A stretch of 64,000 nucleotides of DNA from Pontiella sp. (lineage in GTDB: Bacteria; Verrucomicrobiota; Kiritimatiellia; Kiritimatiellales; Pontiellaceae): contig JBNKHE010000001.1 in assembly GCA_050290185.1 (NCBI GenBank), positions 386,713 to 450,712 on the forward strand, in the 5' to 3' direction. Position 1 is the first letter of the stretch; every line of letters begins with the position of its first letter. Of the stretch, positions 10,036 through 21,100 are shown in pieces. The position numbers and the translations under genes were made by a program. Below the pieces are notes generated by a model. It was given only the letters and a program-made list of their open reading frames with translations. It searched no databases and was not told the DNA's origin.

Positions 10036-11016
10036 TTAAATCGACAAATTATTTGGTATGTATTCTGTTACGGTTGAGTATCGAGACCAAATTTTTCCAC
10101 TATCGTGTTTTAACCAATCAACATCAGGTGCCCGATTGTTCCTCCAGGCCAGCAATGCAGCCGGGATATTCGCGCCCGCAGCAAGGCTAAAGATATGGGA
10201 TCCGCCAAATCTTACATTAAGGTCAATTACAAAATATTCTTCCTCACGCTTAATCACATCAACATCCATGCATCCCTGATGCCCTATTATTTCTGAAAGT
10301 TTTTTTGCAATGCTGTTTATCTCGGCATGATCGACTGTTTCCGCAATATCCGTTTCCCGAGTGCCCATGGAAATTCGCTTTCTGATAAGACTACACACAA
10401 AGTTGCCTTTCAGGTCGTTAATAACATCAATGCAATAGATATCGCCATCAATTGCAGGTTGCGCGATCCAATCATCTGAATATTCTTTCTCTTTGGCTAT
10501 TTCGATCAACGCTTGTACATCGTTAACTCTGAGCAATCCAAAGGATCCCCGGCCATGCCTTTTCTTTACGATATACTTACCTTCCTTGATGTCGTTTTTT
10601 TTAGTTAGTTCCTTAAGTGTGAAAGTATTCGGCACATTTATTCCATGACCTCCAAGAAATGATGTGTATGACTGCTTGTTCAATGCATTTTGGATCTTAT
10701 CCTTAGGTGCACCAACCAAATGACAGCCAACTTCTTTAAGCCGATCACGAAGGCCCTCAAGGACTAGAAGTTCATCTTCAAGAAGCGAGAACCACATCCC
10801 TATATTATGATCTCTGCTCACCTGTATCGCCCAATCACCATACTTCTTATCAGATAGGCACGGACTGATGATTGATCGATCAGCAGCAGTCATTGCAGCT
10901 GCATATGGATTCATATCGCTTGCCACTAGCTTTCCTTGATCACCTATAGCATTCCTGAAGGCTTCCATTAGCGGGAACTGTTTCCCTGCACACGATATCA
11001 TAACATTGTAGTTCAT
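10036..11016 (-). CDS. ATP-grasp ligase (CarB-like/PylC-like family found in glycan loci)
   Basis: YIVKKRHGRGS, WIAQPAIDG, MDVDVI, IDLNVRFGG ATP-grasp motifs. Confidence 0.8.
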   Translation of the reverse strand: MNYNVMISCAGKQFPLMEAFRNAIGDQGKLVASDMNPYAAAMTAADRSIISPCLSDKKYGDWAIQVSRDHNIGMWFSLLEDELLVLEGLRDRLKEVGCHLVGAPKDKIQNALNKQSYTSFLGGHGINVPNTFTLKELTKKNDIKEGKYIVKKRHGRGSFGLLRVNDVQALIEIAKEKEYSDDWIAQPAIDGDIYCIDVINDLKGNFVCSLIRKRISMGTRETDIAETVDHAEINSIAKKLSEIIGHQGCMDVDVIKREEEYFVIDLNVRFGGSHIFSLAAGANIPAALLAWRNNRAPDVDWLKHDSGKIWSRYSTVTEYIPNNLSI

Positions 11017-11036
11017 TCTCTGCTATTTCCTACGGT

Positions 11037-11720
11037 TTATAGCGCCAACGTTTTAAACATGAGCTCCGCCCGTATCCAGTCCTCTTCGGTATCTATATCT
11101 TGAGCAAGGTGACGGGGTAAAATAATTGGTGCCGCATCGCGGTATAGATCCGGCATTTCCAGAAATTCTTTGACGCGAGTCCAATATAACTGCCCGGCGT
11201 CATGGTAAAACTCGGGAAGGTCCTGCGAACGGGTCATCCGATATTCCGGCCATTTCATTTCCAGCACCCCGTCTTCATTGAGTTGCTGCGATCGGAGTAT
11301 AGGAAAGGGAAACGAGGTAACCGTAAACGCATTGACCACATCCTTTTCTTCTAGCAGACGATATCCTTCCTCAAGAAATGAAACCCGTACAAACGGAGCC
11401 GTTGCGTACATGCAGCACGCAAATCTATATGGCCTCCCCTCCGCAATCAGGAATTTCAGGGCATGCGCAAAAACAGCACCCGTCCCCGTAAAATCATCCG
11501 AGAGATCGGCGGCTCGCATGAAAGGTACCTCTGCACCATAGGTTCGTGCAACATCAGCAATTTCATTCGAATCGGTGGAAACAACGACTTGATCAAATAA
11601 CCCGGATTTCTTGGCTACCTCAATCGAGTATGCAATTATGGGCTTTCCGCAAAATTCGCGTATGTTCTTTTTCGGAATGCGTTTGCTCCCGCCTCGCGCG
11701 GGAATGATGCATACGTTCAT
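11037..11720 (-). CDS. pseF: CMP-pseudaminic acid synthetase (cytidylyltransferase)
   Basis: IIPARGGSKRIPKKNI, YATAPF, RSQDL, HDAGQLYW, DIDTEEDW. Confidence 0.92.
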   Translation of the reverse strand: MNVCIIPARGGSKRIPKKNIREFCGKPIIAYSIEVAKKSGLFDQVVVSTDSNEIADVARTYGAEVPFMRAADLSDDFTGTGAVFAHALKFLIAEGRPYRFACCMYATAPFVRVSFLEEGYRLLEEKDVVNAFTVTSFPFPILRSQQLNEDGVLEMKWPEYRMTRSQDLPEFYHDAGQLYWTRVKEFLEMPDLYRDAAPIILPRHLAQDIDTEEDWIRAELMFKTLAL

Positions 11721-12862
11721 GAAACCACCTCGTGCACAGCGTCAACAACCTGCGCCACATCACTATCACTCATAGCAGGGAAGAGCGGCAATGATAGACA
11801 ACCTTCATAGAAGGTCTCAGCATTTGGACACTTTCCGAAGGCATAGCCATATTTATTGCGGTAGTAGGATTGAAGATGAACTGGAATATAGTGCACCTGC
11901 GTACCGACTCCCCTCTCCATCAGATCCTTCATTACCTGAGCTCGGGATTTTCCAATGCTCGGGAAATCAATCTGCACAACGTAGAGATGCCACGCGACAC
12001 GGCCACCCGAAACGGAACAAGGAGTTTGCAGGTTGTTCAACGTCTGGAAAGCCGCATTATAGGAATCGACGATTGCCTGGCGCCGCGCAATGAATTCTTC
12101 GAGCCGCTTCAGCTGGGAACAGCCAAGTGCACATTGTAAATCCGTGATACGATAGTTGAAACCGGGTTGTTTCATTTCATAAAACCACGGTTCCTCCGGG
12201 CGATTGCGTTCCATGCCATGGCTCCGGAATACTCGGCAACGTTCCGCCAACGCATCGCTCTGGGTTAAAATTGCCCCGCCCTCACCAGTCGTAAGGGTCT
12301 TGACAGGATGAAAACTAAAGGTCGTCATGTCCGCCCATGGGTGTGAGCCCACGGAATAAACTTTACCGGTATGTTCGATCCGACTGCCCAATGCGTGGGC
12401 GGCATCTTCGATTATCATCCCTCCCCGAGCACGGGCAACTTCGGCAATCGCCGGCATATCGCATGGGCGACCTGCAAAATCGACGGCCACCACAGCCTTG
12501 GTATCGCCGGACCATGCCGCTTCCAGCGTCAAAGGTGAGATATTTTGGGTTTCCGGGTCGATGTCGACAAAGTCGGCAATCGCTCCAACATATTCAGCGC
12601 AGTTGGCTGATGCTAGAAAAGTATTAGGTGAAGTAATCACTCGGTCTCCCTCACCAATACCGGCAGCCAGCATTGCTACATGCAAGGCCGCCGTTCCATT
12701 CGAAACAGCAATGCAATGTCTGGCCCCCGTATAGTTGCACAGCTCGTTCTCGAAACGTTCAACTGATGGACCGCAAGTCAACCAATCGCCACGCAACACA
12801 TCCACAACGGCATGAATGTCATCTTCAGTGATTGATTGCCTTCCATAAGGGATTATTCTCAA
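11717..12862 (-). CDS. pseC: UDP-4-amino-4,6-dideoxy-N-acetyl-beta-L-altrosamine transaminase
   Basis: IPYGRQ, WLTCGP, SNGTAALH, EDAAHALG, FSFHPVKTLTTGEGG, GFNYRITD. TTG start at 12862 chosen for RBS spacing; the ORF extends to 12892. Confidence 0.92.
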   Translation of the reverse strand: MRIIPYGRQSITEDDIHAVVDVLRGDWLTCGPSVERFENELCNYTGARHCIAVSNGTAALHVAMLAAGIGEGDRVITSPNTFLASANCAEYVGAIADFVDIDPETQNISPLTLEAAWSGDTKAVVAVDFAGRPCDMPAIAEVARARGGMIIEDAAHALGSRIEHTGKVYSVGSHPWADMTTFSFHPVKTLTTGEGGAILTQSDALAERCRVFRSHGMERNRPEEPWFYEMKQPGFNYRITDLQCALGCSQLKRLEEFIARRQAIVDSYNAAFQTLNNLQTPCSVSGGRVAWHLYVVQIDFPSIGKSRAQVMKDLMERGVGTQVHYIPVHLQSYYRNKYGYAFGKCPNAETFYEGCLSLPLFPAMSDSDVAQVVDAVHEVVS

Positions 12863-12866
12863 TTCC

Positions 12867-13904
12867 TTACTCCGGGTTAAAGTCGACATCAACGTATGCT
12901 GCTATTTTTACCCTCAATGTTTCCACGGTCTCCCACTCTTCATTCTCTCCGGAATTGTAAGAGAAACCTTCTGGCACCTTAGTGCCGGAATGGTTCTTCA
13001 GGTAATCTTCCTCCGTATGTTTATATGAAACCGTGGGTAAAATTGCATAATATGGGCCAATATCGATGGTACTGAGCGAATCGGTCGAAGTAATCATCTC
13101 CTCATGCAATTTTTCACCCGGTCGGATGCCGACAACCTCAACCCTGCAATTCGGAGCTACAGCCTTGGCTACGTCAAGAATGCGATACGATGGGATTTTT
13201 GGGATGAAGATTTCACCTCCGAGATGATTCTTCAACGCGTAAAGTACAAGTGTAGCGCCTTCCTCCAGCGATATATTGAAACGAGTCATATTTTCATCGG
13301 TAATAGGTAACACGCCCTCCTTCCGCTTTTCCATGAAAAAGGGGATTACCGAGCCGCGCGATCCCATTACATTGCCATAGCGAACCACGCTGAATCGGAT
13401 ATGGTGCTTGCCGGCAATGTTGTTCGCCGCACAGAAGAGCTTGTCAGAAACCAGCTTTGTCGCTCCATACAGATTGATTGGTGCGCAAGCCTTGTCGGTT
13501 GACAGGGCAACAACACCTTTTACATCGGTGTCAAGACAGGCCTCGATCACGTTCTTGGCACCATCCACATTGGTCTTGATACACTCGCCCGGATTATATT
13601 CAGCGGTATCGACTTGTTTGACTGCTGCAGCATGAATTACATAGTCTACACCAACCATCGCACGCCGCAGACGAGCTGCGTCGCGTACATCGCCAATAAA
13701 GAAGCGTAGTCGTTTTTGCTCCTCCCCCGAATACTTCGACTTCAACATAAACTGCTTATACTCATCGCGACTGTAGATTACTATGGTGCCCACCCTGCTG
13801 TGGCGTAGAAGTATTTCCGTCAGCTTCTTCCCAAGCGAACCCGTCCCCCCGGTAATCAATACTCGAGCATTCGCCAACCATCCAAAATCCAAATCAGTGT
13901 CCAT
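12867..13904 (-). CDS. pseB: UDP-GlcNAc 4,6-dehydratase (inverting)
   Basis: ITGGTGSLG, YSRDEYKQ, HAAAVKQV, EYNP, LSTDKA, NLYGATKL, RYGNVMGSRGSV, GIRPGEKLHE. Confidence 0.95.
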   Translation of the reverse strand: MDTDLDFGWLANARVLITGGTGSLGKKLTEILLRHSRVGTIVIYSRDEYKQFMLKSKYSGEEQKRLRFFIGDVRDAARLRRAMVGVDYVIHAAAVKQVDTAEYNPGECIKTNVDGAKNVIEACLDTDVKGVVALSTDKACAPINLYGATKLVSDKLFCAANNIAGKHHIRFSVVRYGNVMGSRGSVIPFFMEKRKEGVLPITDENMTRFNISLEEGATLVLYALKNHLGGEIFIPKIPSYRILDVAKAVAPNCRVEVVGIRPGEKLHEEMITSTDSLSTIDIGPYYAILPTVSYKHTEEDYLKNHSGTKVPEGFSYNSGENEEWETVETLRVKIAAYVDVDFNPE

Positions 13905-13969
13905 TTATTCGTCCTCGTTGCCTTCGCCACAAACAGAAAATATACGGTCTCCTCTGTTCTGCAAATAAC

Positions 13970-15223
13970 TTATGTTTTAAACTTTAACCGAAACATCACT
14001 GCGAGCCCGACAATCAGAGCACCAGCATTGCACCCACCAAAAACAGCCACTAATTGCCATGAATTCCCATGGAAAAACATCGCTGCGGCAAGATACAAGA
14101 CGGCAAAGGGCACGATGGCGAAAGCGGAGAGAAAGCGATGCTGTGCCACCAAGAACTGAAGGATTACATTCGACAAGGCCGTGGTGCCCATGATCAGCGA
14201 CATGATTCGGATCATTTGCTCGAGATAACTGGATACCTCGCGGATGCCGAACAATATCCTGGCAAGCAGTGAGGCGAAAATGCAACATCCCAACACCGAC
14301 ACCAATACAAACAAAGCAGTATATCCAAAAGATCGAAAGAAAACCTTTAACTGATGTTCATTAATACTATTGCGGGAAGCCACCTTAGGGAACATGGCAG
14401 CCACTATCGCTCCAGGAAGAAAAACCACCATGCGACTCAGCGTTGCCGCATAGGCAAACTCTGTATCTTGAGGCACATAGTGCTTGATCAGGACCACATC
14501 GGCGGTCATTAAGACAACATAGGCCGCCTGAATAAGAAAGCTTTGCAGTAAGTAAAACCGCATGCTGGGCAGCGGAAGATTACTGGTCTGGGTGCCACGC
14601 AATGCAATGATAAGCCCTAGAACTAAAACACCGCTTGCCATATAAATCCCCAAGCCATGGCCCAGCATGGCCCAGCCGCAGGCCGGGTAGAGAAACCAAA
14701 CAAAACCAGCACCCAACCCCAAACGGGTCAGGGCTCCGGATATATTTGCAGCCGAACTCCATCGGAACAGCTGCAAACCCTGGACAGAGCCTCCAAGCAC
14801 CGGAATAGCAAACAACGCAGGAAGGACGGCCCCCATAACCACAACGGGGGCGACACGCTCCAGATGGAAAAAGTGCGCCAATGACGAGTTGAATATTAAC
14901 ACCAGCATCCCTAATAAAAGTGATGGTCCACCTGTAAGAAGCAACCACTTGCGTAGAAGTCGTTTTATGTCGCCTTCTCTGTCTTCCTGTCGAAGAATGC
15001 TGCTGTAGTAGCTCAAGCCGCTGCGTAATGTACCCAAGGGGCGCTGAATCATGGCAAGCACGCCGAGGAAGGCTGCTACCAGCACATATTCATCCTTGGG
15101 AAGAGCGCGGCCGATAGCCATTTGAAACAAGATGTTGCTGATATGGACAACGATCATTCCTGAAAAAAGAATCGCAGAATGGCGTATCAGCTCATCCGAT
15201 TTAATGGATTTCCATATCTTCAT
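13970..15223 (-). CDS. Oligosaccharide flippase (Wzx/MOP family)
   Basis: About 12 hydrophobic segments, DVVLIKH...YAATLSR pattern, glycan locus context. Confidence 0.75.
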   Translation of the reverse strand: MKIWKSIKSDELIRHSAILFSGMIVVHISNILFQMAIGRALPKDEYVLVAAFLGVLAMIQRPLGTLRSGLSYYSSILRQEDREGDIKRLLRKWLLLTGGPSLLLGMLVLIFNSSLAHFFHLERVAPVVVMGAVLPALFAIPVLGGSVQGLQLFRWSSAANISGALTRLGLGAGFVWFLYPACGWAMLGHGLGIYMASGVLVLGLIIALRGTQTSNLPLPSMRFYLLQSFLIQAAYVVLMTADVVLIKHYVPQDTEFAYAATLSRMVVFLPGAIVAAMFPKVASRNSINEHQLKVFFRSFGYTALFVLVSVLGCCIFASLLARILFGIREVSSYLEQMIRIMSLIMGTTALSNVILQFLVAQHRFLSAFAIVPFAVLYLAAAMFFHGNSWQLVAVFGGCNAGALIVGLAVMFRLKFKT

Positions 15224-15978
15224 CTATGTAGCCGTTTCTGGATTCGATTATATAGCACGACTACACACCGGAAGGGGGAATACACCAAGCGGAGCCGTAT
15301 CAATGCCAACGTCATGTCGGCAGAGGCTTTCGCCACGCGTATCTTCGATCCTGCGGCATCACGCCAAACCGTTGGAATTTCAATAATCTTGTATCCACTC
15401 AAACGGACATGGAAAAGCATGTCTACATCGAACGCCCAGCGCGTGATGCCCAAATCGGGGAGGATTTTTTCAACAACTTCTTTTTTGAAAAGCTTGGCGC
15501 CGCACTGGGTGTCGTGGACGCGAAAACCGAAGAACAGGTTGACCATGAAGTTGAATATGCGAGAGGCGATCCTACGCGATAACGGTTGCTTTGGTTCAAC
15601 GATCGAACCCTTTATCCAACGCGAAGCGATGATACACCCAGCGCCGCCTATGTTATCCACCAGATCGCAAAATGCCTCTGGGGAGGTTGAACCATCCGCA
15701 TCCACGAATCCCACAAGATTACCTTGGGCCTCGCGGAATCCCAGCATCACCGCCCCGCCCTTGCCCACTCGGTGCGGTTCATTGATTACGGATACAACGG
15801 GATGTTTTTTCGCAAACTGATCGGTCACCTGAAAGGTGTTGTCGGTTGAACCATTCACCACCACGATGATTTCCACATCCTGCCCAAATTTACCGGCATA
15901 GTAATGCGTATAGGACTCCAGCACGGGAGGTAGACGCTGTTCTTCGTTATGGGCGGGAATGATGATCGAAAGTTTCAC
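15220..15978 (-). CDS. GT2 polyprenol/dolichyl-phosphate glycosyltransferase (DPG/DPM synthase-like)
   Basis: LSIIIPAHNEE, GKGGAV, FVDADGS, DTQCGAKLF, WAFDVD. Confidence 0.85.
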   Translation of the reverse strand: MKLSIIIPAHNEEQRLPPVLESYTHYYAGKFGQDVEIIVVVNGSTDNTFQVTDQFAKKHPVVSVINEPHRVGKGGAVMLGFREAQGNLVGFVDADGSTSPEAFCDLVDNIGGAGCIIASRWIKGSIVEPKQPLSRRIASRIFNFMVNLFFGFRVHDTQCGAKLFKKEVVEKILPDLGITRWAFDVDMLFHVRLSGYKIIEIPTVWRDAAGSKIRVAKASADMTLALIRLRLVYSPFRCVVVLYNRIQKRLHR

Positions 15979-17492
15979 TCGGCATCCTTCTGCTTGTAGA
16001 TCACCAGATCGGTGTGCGCCTGACCGAAATGGGGGAAGTCAGCAACCTCGTCGTAACGCTCTCGAAGTTGATTCGAGAACAGGGTCGTATCTTCTTCCCC
16101 CACCTCCGCGATAGCCGGCGATTCGATGGCCAGGCCGTAGCCGCTGAAAGCCGCGATCGGCGCATCGGAATTGGCGAGGGTTTCAAGCAACATATCCTTG
16201 TTGAGCAGGTGCAGTTTTTCGGCCTGCTCGCGCGGCAGGTCGGGGTAGTAGCAGAAGGGACCCATTTCCATCCCGGCAGAAACTTTCCGGTTGGCCTCGA
16301 CGGCTAGATAGATATCCTGTGTCAGCAACGTGCTGCCCTCCGGGCTGTTGGCTCGTACGAGATCGGCGGCTTCACGCAGGAAGGCCAGATCACTCTTGTC
16401 CTTGAATTTCCACCAAATACGGTCGCGGCCGCGCACAAACCAGTCCTGATTAATCGGCGAAGAGAACGCGGAAGCCACGGAAACCAGCAGAAGAAAAGCA
16501 AGCGCGGAAATCTGCCACTGATCCTGGATGCGGGGCACCAACGTCAAAACGAGTGCCGCCGCCAGAACCGGATAGGCAATCACCTGGTAGTCATCGTACG
16601 GGAAGGCCGCAATGAAATGGACCAGCGACATCCCGATGCCGCAGGCCCACAGCAATAGCGCATATGAATTCCGCGTGCATGGTTTCGGCCGCCAGCAGAG
16701 CGAAGCAACGGTGAGCACCGTGAACACAAAATAGGCCTGCACAAAACGCGATATGAAGCCCATCTTCAGAACCAGCAAGGCCTTTAGCCCACCGGGGTCC
16801 CGCCCGGCATGGTAGCCAAATAGCCCGAAACAGGTCTGATCGAAGGCAGTAACAAAGAAAGGGACAAATACAGCGAGCAACGTCAATCCGCCACCGATGC
16901 CGAACCATACCCAGTGCCAGCGGCGTTCGCGCTGGAAGATCAGCCAGATCCCGGCAATCGGCAAAACAATGCCGGCCGACAAACGTGTTCCTGCGGCCAG
17001 AGCCATGAACACCCCCGCCAACAGCGATCCGAGCCCGTTCCGGTAGGTCAGGGCAAAAAAACCGCACATAAGCCAGAACGAGCACAAACCATAGGTTTTT
17101 ACCACGGTGGTAAAATAACTCTGGTATACATTGCACCCCACCAGCATCCATACCGCCAGACAAGCGAAAACCTTGTTTCGGTCGACCATCCGTGCCACTG
17201 CGGCCGCCGCCAGCAGCCCCGAAAACAGGCCGAACCAAGTGGTGATTAAACGCCCTCCGGCGATGCCTAGCATATCAACAACAGAATGGAAAAGCCGATA
17301 GATGAAGGGAAGTACGGGGCCTTGCGTAAAAGCAAAATCGGCATAGGGCTTCGCGCCCTCTCCAACCATTCGGGCAGCATACAAATACCATCCCTCATCC
17401 TGGTTCAGGTTACCGTAGATCAGGTTTAGCGCGGCCAGCAGCACCACGCAAATCGCGGTACAGACCTCCAGAACTACAAAATATCTCTTCAT
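15975..17492 (-). CDS. GT-C-type membrane glycosyltransferase (ArnT/PMT-like)
   Basis: NQDEGWY after the first TM helix, KPYADF..QGP, more than 10 TM segments. ATG 17492 lies just downstream of the gtrA-like stop. Confidence 0.65.
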   Translation of the reverse strand: MKRYFVVLEVCTAICVVLLAALNLIYGNLNQDEGWYLYAARMVGEGAKPYADFAFTQGPVLPFIYRLFHSVVDMLGIAGGRLITTWFGLFSGLLAAAAVARMVDRNKVFACLAVWMLVGCNVYQSYFTTVVKTYGLCSFWLMCGFFALTYRNGLGSLLAGVFMALAAGTRLSAGIVLPIAGIWLIFQRERRWHWVWFGIGGGLTLLAVFVPFFVTAFDQTCFGLFGYHAGRDPGGLKALLVLKMGFISRFVQAYFVFTVLTVASLCWRPKPCTRNSYALLLWACGIGMSLVHFIAAFPYDDYQVIAYPVLAAALVLTLVPRIQDQWQISALAFLLLVSVASAFSSPINQDWFVRGRDRIWWKFKDKSDLAFLREAADLVRANSPEGSTLLTQDIYLAVEANRKVSAGMEMGPFCYYPDLPREQAEKLHLLNKDMLLETLANSDAPIAAFSGYGLAIESPAIAEVGEEDTTLFSNQLRERYDEVADFPHFGQAHTDLVIYKQKDAE

Positions 17493-17505
17493 TCCCGCCA
17501 AGGCA

Positions 17506-18018
17506 TCATCCTTTGAATACGAATCGTTTTCGCAGGGTGAAGTTTGCAACCATTGCCAATGCGAATACAAAGAAATAACTCCACGAAACATCCCAACCCA
17601 AGCGTCCGATCAAAATCCGGCTAACCCAGGTGAACACCACGAATGAAATCGTGGAAAGCAGATAGAAAAGACCCACTTCCTTTTTCCGTTGGTGCCGGCC
17701 TCCAGAAAAGACGAACAGCGCGTTGGTCACGTAGGCGACGGTATTCGAAGCCACGAAGGCCCCGATCTTGCTGATGACAAAGTTCCGCAACAGCACCTGT
17801 TCCGGTACCGCCCCGATCTCCCAGCCGAAAATCCCGATCACCAGTCCGAATGGATCGCCGGGCCTGAGGCAGGGAAAAATCAACCACGCCATGATATAGA
17901 ACACAGCCACATCCACCACGAAAGTGATGCCCCCGCAGAATAAATACCTGATGAACTGCAGGTGCAAATGCCCTTTATCGTTCAACATCCCTGTCAGCTT
18001 GGTTGTCCAGTTTTTCAT
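17506..18018 (-). CDS. GtrA-family small membrane protein (lipid-sugar flippase-like)
   Basis: QFIRYLFCGG..F.VD, AYVTNALFVF, NFTLRKRFVF; about 4 TM segments. Confidence 0.8.
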   Translation of the reverse strand: MKNWTTKLTGMLNDKGHLHLQFIRYLFCGGITFVVDVAVFYIMAWLIFPCLRPGDPFGLVIGIFGWEIGAVPEQVLLRNFVISKIGAFVASNTVAYVTNALFVFSGGRHQRKKEVGLFYLLSTISFVVFTWVSRILIGRLGWDVSWSYFFVFALAMVANFTLRKRFVFKG

Positions 18019-18191
18019 AACAGTTAGAGAGGTTCATATTCTCCTACACGTGGAACCAATGCGAGTATTTTCGCCCCGTCATCACAGGTTGGACAGTCGG
18101 AGAACACCCCAACGAAGCATAGGGAGGAAACTTGACCTCAAGGCTGTTTAATCTATGCTGTTGATTCATTTTGCAAACAGAGGGGTTTACC

Positions 18192-21100
18192 TTGAGTACA
18201 GAAAAGTTTTTTCGGAAATCGGACTGGATTGCCTGCTGGGCGACATTTGTTATCTCGCTCATTGTCTACGTCATCACCTTACAGCCCACCGTGGGCCTTG
18301 AAGATTCAGGCGAACTGATTGTTGCATCCGACTATCTAGGCGTCCCCCACCCCCCGGGCTATCCCAGCTGGTCGTTGCTCACCTGGCTGTTTCAATGGAT
18401 TTTTCATGGCGTAACCTTCCACGGCCATCCCAACCCGGCATGGGCGGTCAACCTCTTCTCCGCCGTATCCGGCGCGGCCGCCTGCGGTGTGATCGCCCTG
18501 CTGATCAGCCGCTCGGGCATGGATCTGCTGCGCAGCCTGTCGAAGGAATCCAGCATACTGGGGGAAGGAACCGAAAGCCTGTTTTGCGGAGTAGCGGGCA
18601 TCACCGGCGGACTCTTGTTAGCCTTTGGCCACGGTATGTGGTCGCAGTCCGTCATTGCCGAGGTCTATTCACTCAACATCTTTTTCCAGTCGCTGGTACT
18701 TATCTTTCTCTATCGATGGTTGTCCGACACGGATAATCACAAATGGTTGATCATCTGCGCGTTCGTGTTCGGGCTTGGGACGACGAACCATCAAACGCTT
18801 ATATTCATGGGGCTTGCCATAGCGATCATTGTTCTCTTCAAGGATATTGGCCTGTTTCGCGACTTTGCCATCGTCGGCCTCTTCCTTTCCGCCATACTCA
18901 TAGCCAGCAAATATTCCAGCGGAGAGGAATGGAAATGGGCATCGGGCCCGGATCACAAGGGCTTTTGGTTCTGGTCCATATACGCCATCATCGTTCCGCT
19001 CATCGCAACCTTTGCATTGAAGAACGGAAAGGTGGTCGGGCCAACCATTCTCGTCATGCTTGTCGGGGTTTCATTCTATCTCTACATGCCCATTTCATCC
19101 GACCAGAATCCTCCAATAAACTGGGGCTATCCACGCACATGGCAGGGCTTTATGCATGCTATCACCCGAGGGCAGTACGAGAAGGTCAAGCTATCCCAAG
19201 TGTTACAGGACCCGTCTCATTTCATCCATCAGTGCGAATCATTCTTTAGAGATCTCCGGAGCCAGTACCTCCCGCTGGTCCTCACCGGCTTCCTTCCATT
19301 TGCGGCGTGGAGAACGCGGCGATTCAATGCCTCTCTGGCAGCTATCGGCTGCTTTCTCATTGCCGCAATGCTACTTACTGCAAGCACCGTAATCTCCTTC
19401 AAGATGGCCAATAGCGACCTACTTGCCGACAATCTCAACAAGGCTTCCATCCCCTTCATTGTAGCCCTATTTCTACTGTTTGGCATCGGTTTCGGCATTT
19501 CGATCGCCAACTTTGTCGAATTCTGTTTCAAGGAAACGATCGACCTTGTCAGGAAGCAACAACTCGGATTCTGGAACGGAGTATCCATTCTCATCTCCGG
19601 CCTCTTTGGATTGGCTCTACTCGTCGGTCTACTCTATGTCGACAAGGCGCTGATCTCCAACCTTGTTCACCACGGTAGCGAACAACCGTTCCGGGAAAAC
19701 CTGATTATCCTGAGCGCCGTACTTCTTCCCTACGCTTTTATAGTCGGATCCTACCTGCTCAAACGCTGGAAGACATCACAACTTTCTTTCGATATCTCAG
19801 AATTCGGTCAGCATTGGTTCATCACGACGATCGTCGCCTTTATTTCCGTGGGCATCGTATTCATCATCCTGCAGAATCCAAAGACCGACATCCAAAGCCT
19901 CTTTATTGGACGGGTCCAGTACATCCAGGCGCATGCGATCTATGCTATCTGGATGGGTTACGGATTGCTTCTGCTCATGGCCTACGTGGACGCGTTTATG
20001 AAAAATATTCGCGCGATTCGTTATATAATCGTGCTGGGCATACTCACTCTACCCGCCTTTCTCGTGATCAAGAACCGGATCGACCCGACCCAGGAGAAGA
20101 TCTACGGTGGAGCCGAGCAAGGCGGCCACGACTTTGGCTGGCAGTTCGGCAACTGGCAGTTGCAGGGCGTCAAGGGCATTGAGGAAGACCTGCGCGCCTG
20201 GTATTCGCCCGAGGAGTTCGAAAAAATCTGGGGCGAATATCCCAACAAGAACTATCCACAACCCATGGGCACCAACGCCATCTTCTTCGGCGGAACCGAT
20301 CCGGGCCGCTTCGTACCGACCTACATGATCTACTCCGCCCACGTCCGCCCCGATGTGTATCTCATCACGCAGAATGCCTTGGCCGATAACACCTACATGA
20401 GTGTCATGCGCGACCTCTACGGCGACCAGATATGGATTCCATCCCCGCTCGACAACAACATGGCCTTCCAGATGTACATAAAAAACGACGGGCAAAGCGC
20501 CGACGTCTCCGGAGGACGGGTTCAGGTACAGGGCGTAGCGGCCGTCATGAAGATCAACGGCTATCTCAGCAAGATGATCTTCGATCACAACCAGTACCTC
20601 ACAGAAACCAAGACCGATGAGGCAACCCGCCCGGTGGGATCGGCCGTCGTGTACGAAGACCCGCAGATGGATCCCGAAACCGGCATGCCGCCAGCACGCA
20701 CCTTCTATGTCGAAGAAAGCTATGCCATGCAGTGGATGTATCCCTACCTCACCCCGCACGGTTTGATCATGAAGGTCAATAACAAGCCAACACCGATTAC
20801 AGATGAGATGATCAAGAACGATACCGATTTCTGGAACTGGTATTGCGACCGTCTACTTAACGATGGAAAGTTCATGCGCGACATTGTCGCACGGAAATCC
20901 TTCTCCAAGCTGCGCAGCTCCATAGCCGGACTCTATGCGGCACGAGGCAGAGTAAAAGAAGCCGAAGCGGCATTCAGGCAAGCCATCGCGCTTTATGATC
21001 TGAGTCCCGAATCCAACTATCGCCTGGCCGACCTGCTCGCCCGGGAGGGACGCTTTGATGAAGCCGTCGCCATGTTTGATGAATTCCTCGAAAAAGATGA

